DNA of 64,000 nt, from contig NC_087472.1 of assembly GCF_036321535.1 (NCBI RefSeq), positions 91,142,001-91,206,000 on the forward strand. Direction: 5' to 3'. The notes beneath the pieces are model-generated. The model did not search any database. It worked only from the letters and a program-made list of their open reading frames with translations, and was not told the DNA's origin. Numbering within the stretch: the first letter of the stretch is position 1; every line of letters starts with the position of its first letter. The DNA is from Camelus dromedarius. Taxonomy: Eukaryota. Positions 52,761 through 64,000 of the stretch are shown here, in pieces. The position numbers and the translations under genes are program-made.

Positions 52761-53039
52761 AGAAAAAATATGTGCACATGGATACAGATATATATGTGCA
52801 TATGTGTATACACACATGAGAATACTAAAAAAGCAAATGGAGCAAAATGATTTTGGAAGTTTAAAAAACTGTATGTACATAAAAAGTTATCCCCCACCAA
52901 AATCTTTCAGATTTTGAGTTCAAAGTTGTAAAATGAGCACATATATTTTATCTTTTCTCTATAAAGATTTCATTAAAATGATAATAAAAGAATTAAATAA
53001 GGTACAAGCCCACAACATAAAATAAACAGAATGGGAGTC

Positions 53040-54900
53040 CTTGAGGGACAAGAGATGACAACAAAAACTTTCCAGGAGGCAGTAAGAGAGGACTGATGAC
53101 AGCAGATGAGAGTAACCTGCAACCTGGAATGTGTGTGGAAGACCTTACAACTGAGCAGGCAGCCAATGTGTCTGCCAAGTCCCCAGGAAGTCTTGGGTTC
53201 AGAATTGGAAGATTCGAGGGAGGACAGGAGAAAGAAGTACAATAGAAAACCATCACACCCCTCCCTACACTCTACGGCCAAGCTCAAGCTCAAAAATCGG
53301 CTTGCAACCACATGTTTAATCATTCAGTTAAAAACAAGAAAACTGAAGATATTTCTCTAAAGAAATGGAACAAATTGGACATATTGGCAACTTCCTGCCC
53401 ATTCACCCTGCCAGATAATAAGCCCTGTGCCCCATCAGCCCTTTAAAATAACCAGCAATCAAGGGTCACCAGACAGCTGAGTAAGTCTGCAACTTAAAAG
53501 CAACAGAAATAACTAACTCCAGCAGAAAAACAGATAATTCAGGGATGAGAAATAAACTTAAGAAAACAAATCTCATAACTTCAGTAAGACAAATGAGTAC
53601 AAATTGCATTCGTCATGCTGTAACAGGAATAACTGGAACAAAAAACCTTTTGAAATTAAAAAAAATACAGTTACTAAAATTATAAACATCTACAAAAAAG
53701 TTGGAAGTTGAGGAAATCTCCCAAATGCAGAGCAAAACACAAAGACAGGGAAGATATTAGAAAAACTAAAGAGATATATAGGCCTAACCCAGTAGGTTTG
53801 ATCTCTAAATACTGAGTTCCTGAGAAGAAACAGGGCAAACAGGGGGAGAAACTTATCAAAGAGACACAAGAACATTCCAGGAGTTAAAGGAAAATAGCAG
53901 GGTTTACTCAGTGATATTCAAGATAAATAGTGAAAGCACTGCACACCTCACAATGAACTTTCCTAGTAATGAGAAGACCCAAAAAGCTTCCAGGAAACAA
54001 ACACATCACCTAAAAAGGACTAACAATCAGCCTGGTATCAGAATTCTCAGCATTAATAATACCATATGGATTTTCAACCTCAGTTTTGAGTAAAAGTAAT
54101 TTTCAAACTAAAATTGCATAGTGTATGGACAAAATAAAGATATTTTTTAGTCAAAGCAAAGACTCAACAGTTTACCTTTTCCATACCCTTTTGGAGAAAT
54201 TTCTGGAGGATGTGCTCTGGTAAAATGAAGTGGTAAACAAGAGGAGGAAGAGGAGAGGTGATAAGTAGGAAACCGATTGGGCATCTTACCAGAGCAATGA
54301 AAAGAAGCTCTTGGATGACAGCTGTGCAGAGCCAGTGAGTTCAGATTGCAAGAGATGGACACAAGTCTCCAGGAGCGTAGTGTTCTAACTTCTTAGGAAC
54401 TACTGAAAATAACACATTAACATCCAATGTGGTTCTACAGTTAACAATCATAGCAATATGAGTACTATTGATTTTTAGCTTTTAGAATCAACCTGGAGAC
54501 AAAGCTAGAATGATTGCACTGTTAGAAGGAGAAATTATGAATGTGATCAACCTGGTCAATGTGAAAGTACATGTGACAGATCAGGGAGGTGGGAGTGATG
54601 AACAGAGAAATAAATAGGGGGTACTGGCAATGATGTCCCCATCTTATGAAGTGGAGAGACAAAGGACACTGGCTATAATTGGTGAGATAAGCAGCAGAGC
54701 TCTAAGAGTATCATTAAAAGTTTCAAAGGCAACTAAGAAGGGAACTAAAATAGTAATATGACTATATTGGGAGGAAAAGGGAGAATGGGGTATAGGTGTG
54801 AATGAGTTAAATCCTCATTTATGAAAGCATGAAGTCACTAGGTGTTTTCTCAAGTTCCTAAGTCAAGACTTTGTATAAACATATGGTTTAGAGACATGAC
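53040..54900 (+). mobile_element. Very old L1/HAL1-like 5'UTR-ORF1 remnant
   Basis: A-rich + strand with ORF1-like pieces (aagttgaggaaatctcccaaa, gaagacccaaaaagcttcc, taattttcaaactaaaatt); heavily diverged. Confidence 0.5.
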
Positions 54901-55559
54901 AATGGGCAGAGAAACTTCTGGGTAGAAGATGGTTGTTTTCAATAGTAGCCCTTCTATATTATCTGAACCATGTGCATTAATGACTTTGATTTTTTTTAAT
55001 GTACTTTTAATTCCCAAAACACGAATTTGACTTATCTCTCTGCCCAGTCCCTTCCATAGGCGCATGTATTGCTTATACCAGCTTTCTACTCTTTCTCAAC
55101 GACTGCTAATTCCTCTGCCACAGACTAGACTCTGTGCCAAACTGCCTGCTGAAAGTGGTTTTCAACTCGAGAATGCCATGGTCTCAGGCCTTCTCTCACT
55201 TGACCTGGTGATGTTAACTGCTTCATCTTGTTCTCTCTTGCCCTGGCCTCTAAGATCTCAGGACCTTCCAGGGTTCTTTCTACTCTTGATGACTTTTCAG
55301 CTTCCTTCTTGGATTCTTCCTCCCTTGCCCGCTATATTCATGTTCATATACAGTGTTTCTTCACTGACCCTGTTTTCTTTTTACTCCATGTCCTTGCCTT
55401 CAACAAACCCATTCACTCCCCCCAAACTATCACTTGGACACTGATGACTCCTATCTTCACTTATCTCTAGTCTTCAACTTTCTCTCAAATTCCAGGCCTG
55501 TTTTCAGCTTCCTACTAAAACTGCTCCATCTAAATATCCCAGAGTAATCTCAAACCCAA

Positions 55560-57702
55560 CATATTAAAAGACAAAAAAAAAAAAAAAAAAACAAAAACAC
55601 CAAAATATACGGGGCGCAACTAAAGCAGGGCTTAGAGAAAAATTTACAGCTATAAACACCTATATTATAGAGGAAGACAGATCTCAAGTCAATAACTTAA
55701 TCTTACACCTAAAGACATTGGAAAAAGAACAAAATAAATCCAAAGCAAACAGAAAGAAATAAGACTAAAGTAGAATTAAATGGAATAGAGAATTAAAAAA
55801 TAGAAACAACAGTGAAAAGTTGGTTATTTGAAAAGGGCAGCAAAATTAATAAATATTTAGCCAGATTGACCAGAATAAAGAAAGAGAGATCTCAAATTAC
55901 TCAATAGGGAATAGAAGGGGCCATCACTGACAGCACAGAAATAAAAATGGTTTTAAGGAAATATTATGAACAACTCTATGGAAACAGATTAGATAACTTA
56001 CATAAAATGGGCAAATTCCTAGAGAAACACAAACTACTGAAACTGACTCAGAAAGAAATGGAAAAATTTAATAGAGTTGTAACAAATAAATTAAGTTAGT
56101 AACTAAAAACTTTCTATGCCCAAATGGCTTCACTGGAGAATTTTACTAAACATGTAAAGATTTATTACCAAATCTTCATATCTCTTCTAAAAAACAGAAT
56201 AGGAGGGAACACTTTCAACTCATTCTGAGACCAGCATTAGCCAGATAGCAAAACTAGACAAAACATCACAAGAAACCTACAGATCTATATCCCTTAGGAA
56301 TACCGATGCAAAAACCCTCAACAAAATACTAGCAAATTGAAACCAACAGTACATAAAAATGATTACATGCCACGACCAAGTGGGATTTAATCCCAGGAAT
56401 GCAAGATTCATTTAACATCTGAAAATCAATGTAATACAGCATATTAATAGAACAAGGACAAAAACCACATGATCATCTCAATAAATGCAAAAAAAGGACT
56501 TGACAAAATCCAACATGATTTTGTGACAAAAACACTCAACAAAATAGGAATATAAGGAAGGGTACTTCCTCAACATGATTAAGGGCATTTATAAAAAAAC
56601 CCACAGCTAACATTTTACTTCATGTTGAAAGAATAAATGCTTTCCCCCTAAGATTAGGAACAAGACAGGGATACCTACTTTCACCAGTTCTATTCAACAT
56701 TGTACTGGAGGTTCTAGCCATCGTAGTTAGTCAAGAAAAAGAAATAAAAGGCATGCATATTGTACAGGAAAAACTAAAACAAGCTTTATTTGAGGATGAT
56801 ATAATCTTATATACAGAAAATCCTAAGGAATCCACTAAAAAACTATTAGAATTAATAACTGAGTTCAGTAAGGCTGCAGGATACAAGCTCAATATACTAA
56901 ATCAACTGCATTTCTATACACTAGCAATGCACAATATGAAAAAGAAAATAATTCCACTTACAAGGGCATCATAAGGAAAACTCTTAGAAAATTAATGAAG
57001 TACAAGACTTAAAAAAATAGTTGACAGAAATTAGAGATCTAACTAAGTAGAAAGACATTCCACGTGTACAGATCAGAAGACTTAACACTGTTAACATGGC
57101 AATACTCCTCAAACTGATCTACAGTCTCAATACAATACCTGTCAGAATCCCAGCTGGTTTACTTGTAGAAATTGACAAACTGATCCTAAAATTGATATGG
57201 AAATGTGAGGGGCCAGAAGTTAACACAACCTTGAAAAAAAGAATAAAGCTGGAGGAATAACACTTCCTGATTTCAAAACTTACTACAAAGCTACACCAAA
57301 GTACTGGTATAAGGATAGACATGTAGATCAACTAAGTAAAATTGAGAATCCAGAAGTAAACCTTCACATTTACAGTCAGCTTATTTTCAACAAGGGTTCC
57401 AAGACAATTCAATGGTGGTGGGGTGGGGGGATAGATTTTTCAATAAATGGTGCCAGGACAATTGGATATTCACATGCAAAAGAATAAAGTCTGACTCCTT
57501 CCTTACAACATATATAAAAACTGACTCAATATGGATCATAGAACTAATTATAAAACTCCTAGAAGAAAATACAGAAATACATCCTCTGACTTTCGATTAG
57601 ACCATTGTTCCTAGATCTAACACCAAAAGAGAAATACATAAATTGGACTACATAAAACTTAAAACCTTTTGTGCTCCAAGCAGTATCATCTAGAAAGTGA
57701 AT
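55560..57702 (+). mobile_element. Degenerate L1 ORF2 fragment
   Basis: LFEDDIILYTENPKESTKKLLELITEFSKAAGYKLN (FADD region), FNKWCQDNWIFTCKRIK. Confidence 0.9.
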
Positions 57703-60700
57703 AGAGATTCTGGACAAAGATGGTGACATAAGAGGCTCTTGAATTTCTCTACTCCCACAGATGCACTGAATATACAGCTACAGACAGCAATTTCCTCTCT
57801 GAGAAATTCAGAAACTAGCTGAGTGAATCCTACACATCAGGCAACTGAGGAAATACCCACATTAAAATGGGTAAGAAAGGCTGAGACACTCTTTCAACTT
57901 AAATCCCACCTCCACCACAGCACCATACAATTGGAAGGGAATCCCCAACTTCTAGCTTCTAAGGAGTGAAGGGTTTGGAACACACATCTAATGCCACAAC
58001 TTTTAAGGCTGCCACTAGAGAGATGGGCCCCCAAATCACCTAGCTCTGAAAGCCAGTGGGGCTTGCAATCACAAGTCCCATAGGACTAGAGCAAACCAAG
58101 AAGCAGTTGTTAACAAGTGTGTGAGCACTCGCTGCATTTATGCTCCCTGGCCTCAGTGCAGAAAGAGCAGGCAAAAGCACTCATCTCCCAATCTTTCCTA
58201 GAAAGGGGTTTGACTGTATACTTTACAAGCTGTTGCCCTGATGACCCAGCTTCTAATTAGCATACATCCAGGTGCTGACTGTGAGCCTCCTCAGAGTCTC
58301 ACAGAGACTAACAGCACTTCCCCTGCCTCCTTTCTCCACCTTGCTCCAGTAATAAAAGCAAGTTACCAGCATCTCCCTAGAAGGAGCTTTTTCACACATC
58401 TAGGACCAAAGTTTTTAAGGCTGTCATTTGAGGGATGGACAACCAAATTACCTAGCTCTGAGAACAATCAGGGCTTACATTTCATAAGTCCCACAGGACT
58501 ACAGCAAAGAAAGCAGCAGCTGTTAATGGAAGTATGAGCACTTGCTGTAGATATGCCACCTGGGCTCAGTGCAAAGAGTGCAGGCAGAAGTGCCCATGTC
58601 CAGTCTTCCCCTTGAAGCAGTTGACTGCATGCTTTATAAGCTACTTGCTGACTGAGGGTCTAGCTTCTAAGCAGCCTGGATCCAGGTGCTGAAAGATATA
58701 CTCCCCTTTGGGACACGGAAGGGTCTTGGCACAATCTCCATTGCTGGGAGCCACTGAGAACAAATACAGCAAAGGTTTGAGAGGCATCCAGGAGCTCTGG
58801 CTGGGCTGATTGATGAGGTCCATATCCTACACGAGACCAGCCTATCAAGACTGAATAGATGTGGCTGTTTTATCTAAAGCACAGAAACTAACAGAGAGTC
58901 AAGGAAAGTGAAGAAACAGAGGAATATGTTCCAAACAAAAGAATAAGACAAATCTCCAGAAACTTAATGAAATGGAAATAAGTGATTTATCTGATACAGA
59001 GTTCAAAATAATAGTCATAAAGATGCTCATCAAGATCAAGAGAGCTATGCATTAACAAACTGAGAATTTCAAAAGAGAAAACATTTAAAAGTACCAAGCA
59101 GAAATCATAGAGCTGAAGGATACAATAACTGAACTAAAAATTTCAACAAAGGGGTTCAACAGCAGACTAGGTAAGCAGAAGAGAAGATCAGCGAACGCCA
59201 AGACAGGGCCATGGAATGCATCCAATCAGAAGAGCAAAAAGAAAGAGTGACAATACCTTAAGGGACTAATGGGACACTGTCAAGTGGAACAATATATGCA
59301 ATACATTATAATAATGTATGATAATAATTCATCATAGGGATGCTAAGGAGAAGAGGGAGGTGAAGGGGCAGAAAATTTATTTAAAGACATAATGGCTGAA
59401 AAATTTCTCTAACCAGAGGAAAGAAACAGACATTCAGATTTAGGAAGCCTAGAGAGTTCTAAACAAGATAAATCTAGAAATCGATACCAAGACATAAATA
59501 TAACTAAATTGTCAAAGGTAAAGACTAAGAGAGAATCTTAAACTCTGCAGAGAAAAGCAACTTGTCACTACCAAATGAATTCCCGTAAGACTATGAGTGG
59601 ATTTTTTAGCCAGAAGGGAGTGTGATGCTATATTCAAAGTGCTGAAAGAAAATAATTTGCCAACCAAGAATACGCCATAAAGTTGTCCTCTACAATTGAA
59701 GGAGAGAGTTTCCCAGATTAACAAAAGCTAAAGGAGTTTATCACTATTAGATAGGCCTTACAAAAAATATTACAGGGAGTTCTTCAAGCTGAAACAAAAG
59801 GATGTTAATTAGTAACAAAAACCTATGAAAGTATAAATCTCACTGGTAAAGGTAAATATATAGTTAAATTTTGAATACTCTGTTGTTGTAATGATGGTGT
59901 TAAAAGTCAATTCTAACTGTAGTATAAAGGTTAAAAGATAAAATATTAAAATAACTATAACTACAATAATTTGTTAAAGGACACACAATATAAAAAATGT
60001 AAATTGTGACATCAAAACATAAAATGTTGGGAGGAGTTTGAAACCATAGAGTTTTTGTATATATTCAAAGGTGTTATCAGATTAAAATAGACTGTTATAA
60101 GATGTTTGTGTAAGCCTCAGGATAGCCACAAAGCAAAAACCTAAAGCAGGCACACAAAAGATAGAGAAAGGAGTCAAAGCATACCACTACAGAAAAATAT
60201 CAAACCATAAAGGAAGAGAGGAAAAGTTAAAGAAAGCAAAAAAAGGAACTACAAACAGCCCCCAAACAATTAAGAAAACAGCAAATGTCAAAGGACTAAA
60301 TTCTCCACTCAAAAGACATTGAATGGCTGAATAAATTATATAAAAGACCCAATATGTTACTTACAATAGACTCACTTCAGCTTTAAACACATATAGGCGC
60401 AAAATGAAGGGACTGACAAAGATATTCCATGTAAACGAAAACCAAAAGAAAGTAGAGGTAGCTAGCCCGTATCAGCCAAAATAGACTTTAAGCCAAAAAC
60501 AGTAACAAGAAGTAAAGAAGATCATTACATAATGATCATGGGTCAATTCATAAGAAGGATATAACAATCATAAATATATAGGTACCCAACATTGGAGTAC
60601 CTAAATATATGAAGCAACTATTAACAGATCTTAAGAGAGAAATAAAGAGCAATGCAATAATAGTAGGGGACTTCAACACTTTACTTTTAACAATGAATAT

Positions 60701-63690
60701 ATATCATCCAGACAGAAAATCCACAAGGAAAGATTGGATTTAAAACTACATATTAGACCAAACAGACCTTACAGACATACACATTTTATCCAACAGCAGC
60801 AGAATACACACTCTACTCAAGAACATATGGAACGTTCTCTGGGATAAATTATGTGTCAGGCCACAAAACAAGTCTTAATAAGCTACAAAATTTTGAAATC
60901 ATATCAAGCATCTTTTCTGATTACATTGGTATGAAGCTAGAAATGAATTACAAGAGGGAAACTGGAAAATTCACAAATAAGTGGAGATTGAACGTGCTCC
61001 TAAACAACCAATGGGTCAAAGAAGTAATCAAAAAGGAAATCAAGTATCTTGCAACAAATCAAACTGGAAATACAACATATCAAAACTTATGGGATGCAGT
61101 AAAAGCCGTTCTAAAAGGGAAGTTTACAGCAATAAATGCAAGTATTAAGAAAAGAGAAAAATCTCAAACAACCTAACTCTACACCTCACAGAACTAGAAA
61201 AAAAGAATAAGCAAAGCCCTAAGTTAGTAGAAGAAAGGAAGCAGCAAAGATGAAAGTAGAAATAAATGAAATTGAGACTGGAAAGATACTAGAAAAGATC
61301 AACAAAACCAAGAGCTAGTGTTTTTGAAAGAATAAACAAAATTGACAAGCCTTTAGCTAGACCAAGAGAAAAAAAAAGAAGCCTCAAAATCAGAAATGAA
61401 AGAGGACATATTAGAACTGATAATATAGAAATACTAAGGATTCTAAGAAACTTCTATGAACAGTTATACATCAAAATATCACATAACCTAGAAGAAATGG
61501 GAAAATTCCTATAAACACACAACCTAGCAAGACTGAATAATGAAGAAATAGAACATTTGAATAGACCAATTACTAGTAAGGAGATTGAATCAATAATCAA
61601 AAACCTCTCAAGAAACAGAAGTCCAGGACCAGACAGCTTCACTGGTGAAGTCTATCAAACATTCAGAGAATACCAATCCTTCTCAAAGTTCCAAAAACAA
61701 AAGAGGAAGGAACACTTCCAAACTCATTTTATGAAGCCAGCATTACTCTGATACCAAAGCCAGACAAGGATACTATGAAAAAATAAAATTATAGGCCAAT
61801 AACCCTGATGAACATAGATGAAAACAATCTCAAAAAGGAAATAATAGCAAACTAAATTCAACAGTACATTAAAAGGATTATACACCATGATCAAAAGGAA
61901 TTTATCCCTGGGATATAAGGATGGTTTAACACATGCAAAACAATACACGTGATATACTACATTAACCAAATGAAGGATAAAAACCATAAGAACATCTCAA
62001 GAGATTTAGAAAAAGCATTTGGCAAAATTTGACATCCTTTCATGATAAAAATTCTCAAAAATTGGGTATAGAGGGAGCTACCTCAACATAACAAAGACCA
62101 TATATTACAAATCCACAGCTAACGCCACATTCAATAATGAAAAGCTGAAAACTTTTCCCCTAAGATCAGGAAGAAGACAATGATACCCACTCTCACCACT
62201 TTATTCAATGTAGTACTGGAAGTCTTAGAGCAATTAGGCAAGAAAAGGAAATAAAAGACATCTGAGTCAGAAAATAAGGAAAGTAAAATTCTCTGGAGAG
62301 GGTGTGGTATTATATATAGAAAACCCTAAAGACTCCACCAAAACCTGTTGGAACTATCAATGAATTCAATAAAGCTGCAAGACATAAAATCAATACACAA
62401 AAATCAGTTGTTTCTACACTAACAATGAACTATTGGAAAAAAGTGTTTAAAAACAACCCCATTAACATAGCATCAAAAAGAATGAAATACTTAGAAATAA
62501 ATGTAACCAAGGTGGTAAAAAGATTTGTACACTGAAAACTATAAAAAATTAATGAAATTGAAGAAGACACAAATAAATGGGAGGATATTTGTGTTCATTT
62601 GTTGGAAGACTATAGTTAAAATATGTGCACTATCTAAAGCAATCTACAGATTCAATGCAATCCCTATTATAATTCCAATAGCATTTCTCACAGAAATAGA
62701 TCCAAAAATTTGTATGGAACCACCAAAGACCCAGAGAAGTTGAAGTAATCTTGAGAACAAAACAGGAGGCATTATACTTCTTGGTTTTAAACTATAGTAT
62801 AAAACCTACAGTAATCAAAACACACACATAGATACATGGAACAGATAGAAGGCCCAGAAATAAATCCATGCATATATGGTCAATTAATTTATGACAAAGA
62901 AGCCAAAAATATACAATGAGGAAAGGATAATCTCTTTAATAAATGGTGTCAGCAAAATTGGATATCCACATGCAAAAGAGTAAAACCAGATGCCTATCTA
63001 ACATCATACACAATATCAACTAAAAATGGATTAAAGACTTGAACTTAGGACTTTAAACCATAAAACTGACAGGGGTAAGCTCCTTGACATTGGTCTTGAT
63101 GATGATTTTTAAAAATTTGACACCAAAATCAAAGGCAACAAAATAAACATTACTAAGTAGGACTACATTAAACTCAAAAGCTTCTACATAGAAAATGAAA
63201 CCTTCAACAAAATGAAAAAGCAACCTACGGAATGGAAGAAAATATTTGCAAGCCACATATCCAATAAGGGGTTCATGTCCAAAATATACAAAGAACTCAT
63301 ATAACTCAATAACAACAACAGCAACAAAAACCCAAATAACTCAATTTAAAAATGGGCAAAAGACCTGAATAGATATTTTTCCAAAGACATACAACTGGCC
63401 AGTAAGTACACGGAAAGGTGTTCAACATCACTAATCAACAGGGAAATGCAAATCAAAACCAAAATGAGGTATCATCTCACACCTGTTAGGATGTCTATTA
63501 TTAAAAAGAAAACAAATAACAACTGTTGGGTGAGGATGTGGAGAAAAAGGAACCCTTGTACACTGTTGGTGGGAATGTAAATTAGTGCAGCCACTATGGA
63601 AAACGGTATGGAGTTTCCTCCAAAAAATTAAAAACAAAACTACCATACGATCCAGCAGTTCCACTTCTGGGTATATATCTGAAGTAAATA
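57703..63690 (+). mobile_element. Near full-length dead L1 (5'UTR with repeated units, ORF1 ~58920-59805, ORF2 ~60280-63690), 3'UTR missing
   Basis: 5' start caaagatggtgacataagaggc; ORF1-like EISDLSDTEFKIIVIKML; ORF2 GHKTSLNKLQNFEII, YQNLWDAVKAVLKGKF, IYRFNAIPI; many stops and frameshifts. Confidence 0.92.
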
Positions 63691-63864
63691 AAATCGCAAC
63701 ATGTTATAGTCCCATCAGAAATGTATGAGGTTTCCAATTTCTCCACTTCCTCTCAAACACTTGTTATCTGTCTTCCAAAATATACTTCTTACTCTTGGAT
63801 AGTGACAGTCCAGAAGAGATCCCAACCCCATTCAATCTTGTCTATTGTGGGGCCAGTTTTAGGC

Positions 63865-63995
63865 TGTCTGTGCCTCATTACCCCTATCTGTAAAAAGGGG
63901 ATAACAGAAACACCTGTATCACAGGATTATATGAGAATGAAATGGATTATTTTTATTAGGTCACTGCCTGGCCATAATAAATGCTCAAAAACGAT
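63865..63995 (+). mobile_element. MIR SINE remnant
   Basis: tctgtgcctcattacccctatctgtaaaaggggataacag...tgcctggccataataaatgctcaa. Confidence 0.7.
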
Positions 63996-64000
63996 TAGCT

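Noticed and set aside
57703..63690. Potentially active L1
   Set aside because: ORF1 and ORF2 are broken into fragments of at most ~107 aa, and the 3'UTR and poly-A are missing.
1..64000. CRISPR arrays, operons, rRNA or prokaryotic defence systems
   Set aside because: The window is mammalian intron, exon and repeat DNA; no regularly spaced repeat-spacer structure or rRNA was seen.

Overview
Mammalian genomic DNA, probably camelid (inferred from a Vic-1-like SINE head and camelid-type L1 3' ends; not proven). The first ~32 kb holds the 3' part of TAB3 on the + strand: six coding exons (2010-3471, 4316-4476, 9961-10054, 13061-13144, 19007-19108, 27606-27754) that splice in frame through canonical GT-AG junctions, and a ~4 kb 3'UTR ending near tandem AATAAA signals at ~31.72 kb. 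The first coding exon lies outside the window. The last intron carries a decayed antisense ERV1-class provirus (5' LTR, tRNA-Ser-like PBS, gag-MA remnant, no recognisable pol, env remnant resembling HERV-R(b)/PABL_B) and a sense MER34-like solo LTR. Downstream are a 5'-truncated processed MYNN pseudogene (~34.9-37.1 kb) and an L1-dense tract with several rearranged L1s, a MER21-like LTR and a small CpG cluster. I found no intact novel gene system. Repeat family names and protein comparisons come from recall of consensus sequences, not from a search, and repeat boundaries are approximate.
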